Positions 43,094 through 58,764 of a DNA stretch of 64,000 bases are shown piece after piece. Source of the DNA: Eledone cirrhosa (Eukaryota). Each line of letters begins with the position of its first letter. The first letter of the stretch is position 1. The notes beneath the pieces were generated by a model. The model saw nothing but the letters and a program-made list of their open reading frames with translations. It had not been told where the DNA came from and did no database searches. The translations under genes were made by a program, and so were the position numbers. The stretch covers positions 256,742,001-256,806,000 of the forward strand of contig OZ024740.1 of NCBI GenBank assembly GCA_964016885.1, read 5' to 3'.

Positions 43094-43422
43094 CTTCTTC
43101 CATTAACATGTAATTGATGGGCTCCCGTGTTCCTTTTCACCGGAAGACTGCTTCTGACCTCAATAACGCTATTAATATTTAAACTATTTCATGCACCTCC
43201 GCCATATTTTCGCTGCGCCATTTAAATCTCTTTTTTTTTTAATTTCTCCTGAAGAGTGTCGTTTTTGGCAATAGAATTATGTAGAATTAATATTCGGGCT
43301 TTTCACTTCATTTAGTCTGTTTTGGTTTCTAGTTGGTTCTCATGGTGGGTGACTCATCTGAATGGATTCTCTGAATGGTCGACAAAAATACAATGATACA
43401 TGTATAAATGTTGCATATAGTT

Positions 43423-43469
<47 letters not shown>

Positions 43470-43619
43470 AACATAAATATATGTTTGTGAGCATGCGTGT
43501 GTTTGTGTGTGTGTACACACATATATATATATGTGGATATATATATAAAACACATATAATATATATATGTATATATATATATCTCCCCGCCGAAATGCGA
43601 TTCTCGCTAAATTTATATT

Positions 43620-43651
<32 letters not shown>

Positions 43652-43870
43652 ATAAGGAGTTGACGGACCCAGCCTATTTATCAATGCCAGGACCGGTTGT
43701 ATCTCAGCGTACTCCATGGACAATGAAATACACACACATATTCATATGTGTGTGTGTGGTGTCCGCCTTAACAAGTGTTGCTCGATCGGTGCAAACATAT
43801 CTGCGAACCTGCAGTCGGGACTTTGAAGAAAAGATAGCTATATTTTTGTTTATTATTTCCTCATATTTTG

Positions 43871-43922
<52 letters not shown>

Positions 43923-43980
43923 TATAGGTATAAATGCATAATATATATGTATGTGTGTGTATATATGTGTATATATATAA

Positions 43981-44023
<43 letters not shown>

Positions 44024-44139
44024 CATATAAAACACGTATGTCTATATATATACATGCACACTCACACACACACATATCTATGTATGTATGCGTGTGTATA
44101 TATATATGTGTATATACATATATATATATATATATATAG

Positions 44140-44995
44140 GCGATGACACAGTTGATGAGGTTGGGAGTAGATACGCAGCCGTGTCTGACCCCGTTGTTGA
44201 TGGAGAATCAGTTGGAGCCCTTCCCGTTCACCCGGACGCATCCCTCGGCATTGCTATAGAGCCGGTGGAACAGGGTGCTGATCTTAGGAGGCGCATCCAG
44301 AGGAATGCGCGGTCGGCTGTGGCGAAAGTCACCTTGAGGTCGACGAAGGTGACGTAGAGGCAACGACCTCTACGGAACTCCTGAGATCTTTGATAATGTG
44401 TTGGAGGGTAGATATATGGCCAGCGGTGGATCAATTAGGCATGCCTCCGACTTGTTGTGGGAGTCGGGTCGTCCGCTTCTGATGGCTGGAAGAGCAAGGT
44501 TGAGAAGGATCTTGGTGAAGACATTGCATAGGACGGAGAGAAGCGAGTTGCCTCTGTGGTTGCTGCAAACGAGTTTGCCACCCTGCTGTTTCCAGAGGGT
44601 CCAGTCATTTGGGAGCCGCTCTGACACCCATACATAGTTGATGATACGGGTGAGCCACTGAATGATGCTATTATCTGATGACCAAAGTTTGTGAGCGAGT
44701 TTGTGGCGTTAACTTCCAAACCTAGAGTAAGCAGACGACACATTCCCTATTCAGCAAATAGATCAATCAATTCAGAGACGCACTGGCCATATACCGGGAG
44801 GAATCAACAAAGTTTGGCCTTCAGGTAAGCTGAGCGATGAAAAAGCTGATGCATGTCGGCAATGTCCCGGATCCTTCTCCGCATCATATTGGCCCCGACG
44901 TCGTGGAGCTTTTCAGCTCCTTCATTTACCCTGGGCTCGACTGTCACCAGCAATGAAGACCTGACTCAGGAAACCAACCGCAGATGTGGCTATTT
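44140..44995. mobile_element. Scrambled RTE-type LINE fragments (minus at 44140-44620, plus at about 44900-44990)
   Basis: Minus: CSNHRGNSLLSV and EFRRGRCLYVTFVDLK. Plus: VELFSSFIY..GSTVTSNEDLTQETNRR. Confidence 0.65.
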
Positions 44996-46042
44996 TGGTT
45001 TCGCTGGCTCAGGCTGACCACGGCCTCGTCGAGCAATGATAAGGAGAAGATTATAGATTATATAACCGTACCATTTGGTTACAAACAGAAAATATTATAG
45101 ATTTATTATATTACTGAAATTACTCTCCATTGCTAATCCATGATTCTATGATCAGCGGGAGCCTACCAATTTAATCTCATTGATATAACATATGTATGAG
45201 TGTGCGTGTCTGTCTACTTGTTTTCCCTTTCTCTCAATTTATCATTCCCGCTACCTCTCTCTCTTCATTTCAATCCTCATCACATCCCTCATTCTCCCAG
45301 TCTTTAATTCCCCGACCATGCCCGTTAAATTCTTCACCTTTCCGCATTTTCAAGACAGCCAGTTTACACGTGAACTACGTAATCTGTTTAGACAACCAAA
45401 TATCTATTTTAAAAACAACAAATTGAAAACAAAATTAATTTTTAAGAATTCCGTATACATTGTGAAAGAGAAAAACATTAATATTAATTAATTAAAATTA
45501 AACAAAAAATAAGAAACGAATAATAACATAGATAATAACTGCAAGTAGATAAATAAATATAAGAGAAAAAGGTAAAAAAGGTTCTCTTTGTTTAATTATT
45601 TTAATGTCTTTAAAAAGGAATTAGACATATACAAAATAAAGTGTGTGTGTATGTAAGTATGTGTTTGTTTGTACATGTATTTACATAATAAAGGATGCGG
45701 TTGAATTATCAGAACATATAATAACACATGTATATGTATATATATCATGAAGAAGAGAGACACAATTATGCGTACATTTACTGTTTAATACATAGTTCTG
45801 TTATGCGTATTTCGAAGGTTTTAGAGTAGTCGAGTAAAAATCGTATGTATATATGTGGGTGTGTGTGTGTGTATACATATATATATATCTATGTATATAT
45901 ATATATATAGTGGCAGAAATAAGTTGCTTATACGTGGTTGTTACGTTGTCACTTCTTGAGGATAAGTCGGTCTGAACGATCCAAAAGCACTAGTTTATTC
46001 CAGCTAAGAGTAATTAAGACATGGTTATTTCACCATTGCTTT

Positions 46043-46152
<110 letters not shown>

Positions 46153-46187
46153 TATAGAAATATTATATACATATATATCATAAATAC

Positions 46188-46219
<32 letters not shown>

Positions 46220-46319
46220 GCATACATATAAATATATATATATACATACATATAAATATATATATACATACATATAAATATATATATAAACATACATATA
46301 AATATATATATACATACAT

Positions 46320-46900
46320 ATGGTGGCTGCCAACTCGTTTTCGAGTACGGCCACTACTTTATATCCATGTAGGAGAACCCCTACCGATGCGCTGAACGAG
46401 TGTGACTTTTTAGTCCAGCCAGCGACTTGAAAACTCTGGTACAAACACTACACTTGTGACAATTACTGACACATAGTGCTGGGCCCATGGTACCATGTGA
46501 CGACAAGTGCAGAGAGATCTCCAGATATAAAGCAATGCCTGTGCCGTGAAGCTTTTATAGTGAGCAAAGGCACTGCACAAAGCCAGTCCCACTCTCTTAA
46601 CCAAGATGATATTTACCAAAAAGAAGAACAAGTCAACATCATTGGATACCATCAGGGTTGCAGGTGTTATATCAGAGTTTTCCTTCTCCTAGAATTCTGC
46701 CTTGACAAAGGCTAAGGGGTCATCTCTCCCGGTGATTTTGGATGGCCATTGACTCTTAAGAGCTCCTTTGCCCTTTGACAGGTTTTGTTTTTAGTCCTGC
46801 AGGATGTCCAAAGTCACCCTCCTCACCAAGAAACCTTGGTGGAGTTGCCAGTTTAGTCGCCAACGACCCGACCATGGGACAGGTTGTACTGGGATACATG
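46320..46900 (-). mobile_element. Dispersed repeat family B, inverted near-identical copy of 11460-12017
   Basis: The ORF track gives almost the same peptides on the opposite strand (MVSNDVDL..., MLGPWYHVTTSA...). Confidence 0.88.
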
Positions 46901-47205
46901 TTACCAGTAGCACCAACTGGTGACCTGACATATAAATATATATAAACATACATATAAATATATATATACATACATATAAATATATATACTTAGAAACATA
47001 TATATATATACATATATAAACATATATACATACATATATATATAGCTTCTTGGAATGCGTTTACCCTTATTATATAACTACCATGCAATATACACCTGAT
47101 GATGTCACCAGGAATCTACGTAACCTGACCACTGAAATGTAATTATTGTTTGCAGAATTGAACATTTAAAGGAATTCCACCTGCCTGTCTTCCTGTCATT
47201 TTACT

Positions 47206-47912
<707 letters not shown>

Positions 47913-48202
47913 GTTGTATTATATTTTCGACTACCTCCATTTTCAAAAGCGTAAAAAGAAAACATGATATGAACAATTAAATATTTTATTCTAAATTCTA
48001 ATGAGTCTGTCTCCTAGTTCTCGAATTGCTCCTACGTATTCATGTATTAGTAGATATGGGTCAGCTCAAACCCAAAGCTTTTTCTTTGCACCTCTCTCGT
48101 GAAAATATTGAGTGTGTCTATGTAGCGTGTAAATTGACACATTCACCTTGTGTGTATTTTTGTTTATGTAAAACTCGATGCATAGATACACACACACACA
48201 CA

Positions 48203-48261
<59 letters not shown>

Positions 48262-48817
48262 TGACTGCACATATTTATATACAAAATGTGTATATGCGTG
48301 AATACATTAATTTTATAACGCACACGTCATCTCACACATATTTAGTTTGTATATTTAATTCACATACATATGTTAGTTTTTGTGGGGGGAGTTGTTGATG
48401 ATGGAAGGTGGTATGAGTGCGGGTTGTGTGGTGTATTGGGATGTCTGGTATTAATGTTGGTGGTCTGACTGGGGATGTGATAGTTTAGGTATGGGCGTAG
48501 GGGAAATCGATAATGATATATATTGATAAATATTTTAGGTGAATTATGAGTAACTACTATGTTAAATATTTATAACAAATGTGAGAAGGGAGAGAAACAG
48601 TGAAGGAATGACAGAGAGGGGTGCTGAAATAGGGAAGGAGAGAGCTCGGAGAAAATGGATAATGGGTGGTGATGGTGGTAGTATAAGAGGTATGTTCTAT
48701 AAAGTTGTCTGGTGCAAATAAATATACACTTATCTACTAGCATATACAGATATACCTGTGTATATGTATATATATATATAAATATATATATAATGTGTGT
48801 GTCTACATGTATGTATG

Positions 48818-48897
<80 letters not shown>

Positions 48898-48971
48898 TGT
48901 GTGTGTGTGTTTGCGTATGTGTATGTGTATATTTATGGATGTATGCGTGTATTTATACATATGTATGTGTA

Positions 48972-49008
<37 letters not shown>

Positions 49009-49259
49009 ATTTATCTTACACGTGTTTCTACAAGGAAGGGGGCGTCAAATTTAAGCGGTGAAAATCTTGATAAAACTCCATTATTAATATATAGATATAT
49101 ATAAATCTGAGCATTAACTCTATGATTATTAAACATTAATACCATTCTGTGGTATATCATGAGAGGGTATGGAATATATACAGTGTAGGTAAGGTCAGGA
49201 AAACTTCATATATCGCAACAATTTCATGACATCTGAAATAAAAAGAAATCATAACGGCA

Positions 49260-49670
49260 GTCTGTATTGTGTTCTGTGTTCTGTGTCTGTTTGTGTGTTG
49301 TGTGTGTGTGTGTGTGTGTGTGTTGTGTTAGTGTGTGTTTGTGTGTTGTGTTGTGTGTTTGTGTGTTGTGTTGGTGTGTGTTTGTGTGTTGTGTGTGTGT
49401 GTGTGTTGTGTTGGTGTGTGTGTTGTGTTGGTGTGTGTGTTGTGTGTGTGTGTTGTGTTGGTGTGTGTGTGTTGTGTTGGTTTGTGTTTGTGTGTTGCGT
49501 GTGTATGTTGTGTTGGTGTGTGTTGGTGTGTTGTGTTGTGTGTGTGTTTGTGTTCTGTGTTGTGTGTGTTGTGTTGGTGTGTGTTTGTGTGTTGTGTTGT
49601 GTTGTGTGTGTTTGTGTGTTGTCTGTGTGTGTTTGTGCGTTGTGTTGTGTGTGTGTTTGTATGCGTGTGT
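49260..49670. repeat. G/T-only cryptic simple repeat (GTGTT/GT mosaic)
   Basis: Direct sequence; source of the C/V-rich and T/H-rich spurious ORFs. Confidence 0.9.
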
Positions 49671-49975
49671 TATAACACCCATTAACCGTAACCACCACCA
49701 CTAGCAACTTCATCCACATCACACTCATCCTCTCAATCACTGAGGTATCAATGCCATATTGTAATGATGATGATGAGGATGTGTAGACAAAGCAAGGGGA
49801 AGATAAGAGTAACAATTACAGCAATAGTGAGAGAGAGTAATATAGATAGATATAGATATATGAGAGAGAGAGAGTGAGAGAGAGAGGTGGGTTCGTTTAA
49901 TGTGATTGATATCTAGAAGAGATAAAATAGTTTATCGGACTTAAATTTCCAGATGAATGTATCGGATTTAATCAC

Positions 49976-50010
<35 letters not shown>

Positions 50011-50479
50011 GAACTATCATCAACACCATTATCATGATTATTATTATCAACACCATCATTATCATCACTGTCACCACCGTCTTCATTTATATTATCATTA
50101 TCATCATTACGGTCATCATCACCCTCATCCTCTCTATTATCACCATGAACATCACCACAACCACCTCCAACGTCATTATCATTATTATCACAATCAACAT
50201 CGATATAGTCATCATCAACCTCTCCTCCCCTTCCCCTTCCTCCTCCTCATCATCATAGATAATATTACTAGTACAGTCGCCAAAGTTGCTGCTTGTAATA
50301 TTGTTGTATATGTTAATATATTATTGTTTACATGGATGTTGTTGAAACCTAAATGTAGCACACCACCACCTCAACAACAACAACACTAACTATAAAACAA
50401 AACAAAAAAACATTACCATCTCCAAATAAGATTTGAGTTCTTGCATTTTTTATTTATCTTGTTTATTGTTGAAGAATAT

Positions 50480-50519
<40 letters not shown>

Positions 50520-50520
<1 letters not shown>

Positions 50521-52060
50521 CTATGACTCTGATAATAGTGTCTGGGACATTAGCAAATCTGAGGGCCTCTATCAACCAAGAGTGGGGAACAAAATCAAAT
50601 GCTTTCCTATAATCTCGCCAGACTGTAACCATATTCCTCCTACGTTGTGACACCTCTGATATCGGAGCTGTTCAGCACACTCAAACACCCTTCTTCCCAG
50701 CTATTTGCTCATCTGTGATGATGCTATTACTGCTATGCAGTGATCTTGGAGAAATAGTTTCAAGTAGGCTCTATACATTTTATACGTCAGGTTCTGGCAT
50801 GCAATGGGTCAATAGACTTTTTGCCAAATTAGTATCTTTGTTCTTGGGGACCTATATTGTTTGTGCTAATGTCAACCACCCTGGTATATATGCATCTCCC
50901 TTGAGAGCTTGTTGGTAGAGGTGGATAAAATACATCCTATAGAATGTCACGTCTAGGTATCAGTAGCCGTCAATTAAGTTTCTTCCAGGTGTTTTCTTAT
51001 CTTGGACTTTTCCTATCACAGTATCATCATTTATTCTGTATGTTTTTGTTGAAATGTAGGACCAATAGTTCGTTTGAATTTCTTGTAGACACACTGCATC
51101 TTGGTTGAACATTTTCTTTTCGCCCTATATGTTTCTCCAGAAGGCATCTATGTCTTTCTAGGATAGGGCCTCAGCGACATTTATTACTTTGCCCATCATA
51201 TCTCTATAGACTGATATTTGGTTTCGTCTGAATCCTTTAATGGTTATTTTTATTTCAGCTACCCTCTTCTGGATTCAAAGTTTCTCGCTGACAGCTCTCA
51301 ATTCTTGTTAGAGGGTGATCAGCTTATATTGAAGTTCTGTTCGACTGTCTCCAAACATAGTTTATATTTTATTTTCCACTCTTTGTTGGTGATAAGTGTA
51401 GTTTCTTTTTGTAATATATGATGAAATATTTGGTGGTGTTTTGTTGTTGTTAACATCTCTGTTATCACTGTTGTTGCCAGGGTATATAAAAATACGTTAA
51501 TTTACAAAAATGTAAGGGTTTTAATTCGTTGCAAATATTCACCCCCAATTTCATCAGCAGCACGCAAGATTTCATTATTTGGTTTCGTTTTGTTTAGTAC
51601 TGTTGTTTTATTACGTTCCGCGAGAGAAATGTTTATACATGAATTAATTTCTCTTTGGAAGATTTGTTGAGGGTATATTTCCTTCTTTGTACACTTGATT
51701 TTCAAGCTAATGGGAGATGTATTATTATTGACAGTGATTTCCACATGTGACAGTGTTTTATACATGTGGTGTCAAATTTCATACCGGCATAGTTGTTTCA
51801 AGGGACTTCGTCTATTGCTGTCCTTTGTTGATGTTTAGCCTGGCTGCTAGAAAGTCTAGTAATATTATGAAGTGTAGCACGAAAGTTACAATGGATAATA
51901 TCCATGTTATTTTTACATTTAACAAACGTTGCTTTTTGGCGTAATTGTTTGGCTGTGAAGTGATTTAACCCTGGATGCATTTCGTCCCAGTATAGCTTCA
52001 TTCTATTTATAGGGATTTTTTTATTGACATTATATAACAATTAAATAAATCATTATTAAG
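50520..52060 (-). mobile_element. Decayed R4/Dong-like element, N-terminal and early RT region
   Basis: Minus-strand WRDYRKAFDFVPHSWL and MKLYWDEMHPGLNHFTAKQLRQKA. Confidence 0.7.
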
Positions 52061-52393
52061 TTCGTATAGCTCCAAGAGAAATGTGATTTACAATTCTGTA
52101 GCTACAACCAAAGAAATTTCGTTTACCTTTCTCGTTGTTGTTTTTCTTCGGTAAATTGATGTTGTTGATGTTGTGTTCAGGCATGCTGTTTCTAGCAAAT
52201 CCTTGTAAAATGAATTTAATATTTAGTCGGATATCTCTAAAAATTCAAATAAAAGGTGTCTTCAGTGGATATAGTCAGAAGAATATCTAGTTATCCAACA
52301 CGGCTGGTAATTGTGGCATTACTGTCAGAGATAGTAATCATCTTAAATTTAATGAATAGACTCCCACGCTAATATGTGTGAGGTCCCATTGAT

Positions 52394-52427
<34 letters not shown>

Positions 52428-52443
52428 TGTATGTATGTATGTA

Positions 52444-52492
<49 letters not shown>

Positions 52493-52635
52493 TACGGAAG
52501 GGACTAGACTTTGAGTAAGATACTTAATTGTATTTATAATAGAAATAACTTCTTCAGGGTTTGTTCTGTTTCATTCTGTAGTGAAATCATCAGCGTATTT
52601 GTATATTTCCATCTATCTACCTATACACACATACA

Positions 52636-52750
<115 letters not shown>

Positions 52751-53684
52751 GTATATATATATTAAATATAGTCATATAATATATAAACTTAAATTCAGTT
52801 TACAATTATCATTTCTCTCTTGGTGTCAAAATTTCCACTGGCCACTTCTCCGTAGACACAAACACACACATAAACACATACGTATGTATGTGTGTATAGA
52901 GGGAGGATTTTGACGCGCATCAATCCAATCTTTTAATACCAAGCTTTCCTTTTAGATCCTTTCCTTTCACACATAGTCGCAGAAATATACTTCTACTTCC
53001 ACACTCTGTATCTATCTTGTACCATTCACCCTTCTCACACCCTTTCAAAACACACTCACTTCTACTTCACTTGCTGTCTACAATACCCCACCGCACGCAC
53101 TTATAGCGTGGCTGTATGCTTGTTACCCTACACATACCCTTACTAGAGAGAGAGGGAGAGAGAAGTGGGGTTCAAATATATGTACTATCTCCCAACCACT
53201 CTCTTTTTGTCACTTAGATGCAACATGATACCAACATACTGGAGCTAGTACTCTTCTCCACCCTTCAATAACACATGTCTCCCCACAAACCACCCTTCCT
53301 TCTTTCCACAATCTAACCTAACTCCACCTGACACCCGTGATAGTCAGTTAATTGTTTATCTGTTAACAGGTAGAAACAGGTGTAACCCCACCCATATTTT
53401 TTGGCATACCATCACCACAACCATCACCACAACCATCACCACTACCGTCATTCCACCGGCTACTTTATTTGGTCTCTTTTTTCCTGTAAATCATTACGCA
53501 GCCCAGCTGGATCGCATAATTCTATCCATTATTTCTATAAAAAAGCAAAACTGTTCACATTACACACACAACCATGCACCCACACACACATACACATACA
53601 CATACGCACACACACACACACGCACACACACGCGCGCGCACACATACACACACAAACCCACACACACACACACAAACACACACA

Positions 53685-53803
<119 letters not shown>

Positions 53804-53929
53804 CCAGCCTTGTTTACTGACGCTGGAGACAAGGCTGTTTTTATTTATTTTGATTTTCATGTTTATTTTTATTTCTATTTTACCCGTCCTTTCTTGTTTT
53901 TCCTATTAACTCCCCGCCTCACTCACTGT

Positions 53930-54056
53930 CGGAGTTCCTCCCTACTTTCCTGATGAAGGACCTACGCCCGAAACGTAGTAACCTCCCCCATTCTCTGAAG
54001 CTAACAACACTATGTACTATTGACCCCTGCGTGTGTTTGGTTGTCCTTTTGGACAA
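53930..54056 (+). mobile_element. PLE terminal-repeat-like fragment with a minimal hammerhead core (53950-53977)
   Basis: CTGATGA-AGGACCTACGCCC-GAAA-CG-TA, with palindromic ACGT as stem III and poor stem-I pairing. Ends at TATA. Confidence 0.5.
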
Positions 54057-54333
54057 TATATACATATATATGGTGGAGATGTTAAAAGTTGTTTCATGCA
54101 AACATTTCAATATTTACTATCTAGGTAAAATTAAGATGATAATGTATGTTTGTAATGATAACGCAGCCAGTCGGCATATGGTAGGGGCGAGGTCGATTCT
54201 CGCAGTACATTCCATCCAGTTTTTACCGTCTTCGGGGTTTAATATACTGAACCTTCCAAACTCAGTTGTAGTACCTCAATAGAAATGACCTTCAAAATAC
54301 AAATGTACCTAACGATTTCTTTGTAGGTATATA

Positions 54334-54405
<72 letters not shown>

Positions 54406-55267
54406 TGTAATAAACAACATAAGGCAATTATTCCATTTACCAGTGGTTTCTTAAAAGCAAAAGATTTTGCTTTCAATCCTCAGAATGAAAAAAATCCTGG
54501 TGTTTATTGAATTTGGATTTTAAAAACAAAAACCTATATATATATGCATACACATGCACACACATACATATATATATATATATACTTATGTATATGCATA
54601 CACATGCACACACATACATATTTGTATACATACACATGTATACATATGCGATAAAAACATGTATGAATTGTTTGTTGTTTCCGTTACTTTTTTTTAATCA
54701 CGTCACAGTGAATCATTGATTAGATTTATCTATTTTTTAAAAGCTATTTTCATTTTATTTTTCGTTAGTAATTAATGATTAATAAATGAGTGAATCTATT
54801 AATTAACACCAGTTACAATAAGTTTAGTTTTAAGGTGAGGTTAGTTCTATTGAATAACTGCTTGCAATTCTCGCCATATTACTATTTTTTCCAATTAACT
54901 ACTCTGCGTGTTTAGTAGTTAATTATACCATTATTACCATTATTTTTTAATTAGCGGGACACAATTATCTACACTGTTGTTTTTTACTGATTATTGCATT
55001 TATAACCTTTTTTTTTATTATTATTCATATTATTATGGCGTTCGCGTTGTTGTTTATTTGTTTATTATTCATTTATCTATTTATATTAAGTATTTGAAGA
55101 TTTCATTGAGCTGATTATACAGAACAATTGCCGGTCCAAAAATTAGGTATTAGGATACGCTATCAATTTTAAAGTAGTGACTATGTCACTTTCTTCCTTT
55201 CAGCTCCTGATTATTACTGGAATTCTATAAGAATTCTGCTACTATAATTTTCGGCGGAAGCATGCGT

Positions 55268-55305
55268 GGCTCTGATGAACGCCAACCAGCGTGAAACAGT
55301 CAGCT
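55268..55305 (+). ncRNA. Minimal type-I hammerhead motif
   Basis: GGCT-CTGATGA-ACGC-CAACCA-GCGT-GAAA-C-A-GTC^-AGCT. It has a perfect 4-bp stem II and a GUC triplet, but stem III is too short for a monomer. Confidence 0.6.
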
Positions 55306-55459
55306 TCTCTCCCTTCTTACGCCGAAAAGAAGTAAGTGGCATAGTCACTACTTTAAAACTGTTAGCGTATGGTCTTCTGAATGTTTTTAATGAAACATAC
55401 AGTATATTGCCAAATATACTATATATACATTCATGTATACATCACTATTTCAGAGCACC

Positions 55460-55825
55460 AACCTAATATATCAACCACAGCAGGTCAAATCCTATGTGGT
55501 TATGATGGAGGGCCGATTTAAGCAACGCTTCCTGAACCACCAGTCGACCTTTAGGTACTCGGAGAGACGTTCTTCCACGAAACTCGCGATCCACGTATGG
55601 TCCCTCAAGGACTCAAGTATAGACTACTCCATCCAATGGAAAGCCATCACTAAGTCCAAGCCATACGCAAGGAGCAATCCGTCGTGTGGACTATGTATTG
55701 ATGAACGAATAAATATTCTAAATAGATTACGCAATAGTGATTGCCTAAACTCAATAAATGAATTCTTCACACGTTGTCCTCACGTCTGGAAACATCTCTT
55801 ACATAACTACAAAGCTCCGGATTGA
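55460..55825 (+). mobile_element. PLE family P2 GIY-YIG endonuclease C-terminal region (possibly Naiad-type)
   Basis: KSYVVMMEGRFKQRFLNHQSTF...STKLAIHVWSLKD...IQWKAI...CGLCIDER...CLNSINEFFTRCPH. This shows a YIG relic, FKxR..NH, CxxC..E and LN..E...CxH. Confidence 0.75.
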
Positions 55826-55962
55826 ATTACAACAACATCCTAATTTTCTTATCAACTAGAAACTCTCGGACTTTCGCAGTTATCGCCCTTGCACCTCTCG
55901 CACGCAATGCGCGTGCGCGTTCGTACGGTTATCCTTCCTGTTCCGTATAACCATGTTCATTA

Positions 55963-56000
55963 CGAGCTGAGGATCCGCTAAGGTGAAACAATTGTTCTCG
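55963..56000 (+). ncRNA. Minimal hammerhead motif downstream of the P2 endonuclease ORF
   Basis: CGAG-CTGAGGA-T-CC-GCTAA-GG-T-GAAA-CAATTG-TT^-CTCG, with a palindromic stem III. It lies about 100 bp before a (TA)n tract. Confidence 0.65.
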
Positions 56001-56099
56001 GTATGGTGAACTAACTGTTGTGTAACCACTTCTACCTAACTCGTCCCATGGACTGAGTGCTCTACCACTACGGACGAATATTACCTTCCAGTGTTCTAC

Positions 56100-56159
<60 letters not shown>

Positions 56160-56678
56160 GTTTGTGTAAATACAATATAATTCCTCCTTTGTATCTTAGA
56201 TCTAAAAAGTCCAGGTCAGTTATTGCGCACGTTTTAGAAATAAAAACTTTAATATCCAGATCTAAAATATATATTTACTTTTATCAAGAGGAAAAAAGAA
56301 ATCAACCACCTGCTGGAATTCTTGAGGTGTTAGTTATAATAGTTAAATCACACGGTGCCATCGTAAAGAAGGACAGATATAGTGTATGAGGTAGTCTTAA
56401 ATACACAATCGTATGAACTCGTATAAATGTTGACCCAATATTTTTTGTCAAAGAATTCATTTGTATTTTACCATGTATCTCAACTTTAGTCCTTCAATGA
56501 TAACATATCGATATTTGTAGATGAAGGTTCCATCTTGAATATTAATGATGCGATTGTTATGTTCTGATGTAGGCAAGTGGAAGCATTTATATGATGTACG
56601 CCGTCTTATTTATGTATTTTCATAGAAGGAAGTGTAATTTAATGAAACATAGGTATTATTATTACTAGTATTATTATT

Positions 56679-56770
56679 ACTTTGCCTTTCATCCTTACGG
56701 GGTCGATAAAATAAAGTACCAGTAATGCACTGGGTAATTGCTGGCCTTGTGCCAAAAGTAGAAACAATTA
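56679..56770 (+). mobile_element. SINE family A, 3' half
   Basis: CTTTGCCTTTCATCCTTACGGGGTCGATAAAATAAAGTACCAG...AAAGTAGAAACAATT. Confidence 0.85.
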
Positions 56771-57467
56771 TTACTAGCATTGATTGTTTTGTTTTTCTTT
56801 CCATCTAGAGTTCATTTGAGCTTCTACGTATTAATGTAATATTTAGAATTGTATTGTGAATTTCATCAATTAGAAATGAGTACCCATGTAATAGTCGACT
56901 TCATGAATTTAACTTTAAAAATAGTCGAAAAAATTCGATTTTTACCTGAGTATATACGATATATCTGTTCGTTCCCACTTAACATAAAAATTGTGATGGT
57001 GAGATCTAGGATGACGGATGTTCGATAATATTTCTATTTGATCAAGTTTGACCTCTGTCTAAACTACAAGAATCACAAAGGTTTAACCTTAGCCAATACC
57101 ACAAAGTTTCAAAATCATCCATGTTGACTAGCCACAATTCTTGTTGGATTATAAGTTGATCGTCTGGAAATTCCTTGATGATTTGAGAGGTATAATGAAA
57201 TATTATGTATGTTAGCCTCAACAATCAACGATTCACACTGTGAGTCTTTTTCATAGTAGTGTTCACAGTATGTCTGACTCATCCAAGAGAGAAAGGCACA
57301 TCGCATAATAATTAGGATACTAAGATCATGAACAATCTTTCGATTCTGGATGTCGGGTTGTGTACGTGACCAAGGAATGTTTTACATTTTTTAAAGTTGC
57401 GTAAGTGCATTAGTGCATTGATCTGTATATCTATATATATATGTGTATTGATCTGCATATGTGTGTG

Positions 57468-57551
<84 letters not shown>

Positions 57552-57564
57552 ACCTGATGTAAAT

Positions 57565-57769
57565 CGGGAGGCGGCAACTATTAAAAAAAGATACTCGGTA
57601 CCTCAGTACTCAGTACAGCTGTTAAAAAAAGGTACTAAGTATAGGCATATACATTTTATTACAGAAATGACTTCTACAGGACTAGAACTGCTTCATTCGT
57701 AAGAAATCATCAGGACGTTCCAGATGATATCACGAATGAAACGTTTGTAGAATTCATTTCTATAATAAA

Positions 57770-57770
<1 letters not shown>
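57565..57770 (-). mobile_element. Hammerhead fold-back family copy (palindrome 57654-57770; minus-strand motif at 57669-57720)
   Basis: The reverse complement reads GTC-CTGATGA-TTTCTTACGAAT-GAAG-CAG-TTCTAGTC-CTG-TA-GAAGTC, with a degraded inverted partner at 57718-57770. Confidence 0.7.
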
Positions 57771-57840
<70 letters not shown>

Positions 57841-57911
57841 TATATATATATATATATGTGTGTGTGTGTATGTAAATATATATATATACATCTATATGTA
57901 TGGATATCTGC

Positions 57912-57980
<69 letters not shown>

Positions 57981-58208
57981 TATACATACTCGCATATACT
58001 AATTATATCTCTTCCATAAATAATTCTTCAAAACGGTGTAAATACTTCCGTATGTCAACATTGGTATAAATGGAAGTAAGACCACTACCCATATCTCATC
58101 TAAAATAGTTACTCTCACCACATGAAACATATAAAGAAAGTCCATACACCCATCTATAACTCTGTATATAAGCTAATATACGAAATGCTAAAGTTATTCA
58201 CCTCTCCC

Positions 58209-58257
<49 letters not shown>

Positions 58258-58470
58258 AAAAATAGAGGTGTGACACGCGAGTTGTGATATATTAGTGACG
58301 AGCGCTCTATCTCAAAATTATTTTTGAAAAGCATTAGAAATGCACAACCGGTAAAAACTTAAAACTAAAACTGAATACTAACCAATACTTGTTACTAAGT
58401 TATACTTATTCCTAATTAAACTATTTTTCACTCGGAAAAATTTGTCAGCATTTTCTTTTCCTTTTTACTA

Positions 58471-58501
<31 letters not shown>

Positions 58502-58764
58502 CTTATATATATATATATACTTTCTCCACCCAATTCTTTTTATCCCAATAACTTATAATAGTTATTGTTCGCGCTAGCCTGAGGTATCTGGTCTTTAATG
58601 CGAAGAAATACCTATGATGGCTAGTAGATCACTGATGATGGATAGTCCTATTTCTAATTCTTCATTTTAATTTGTATATCATATATATATGTATATATAT
58701 ATTTATATATATATGTATATATGTATATTTATATATTTATATAAATATATTGGTTTCATTAAAA

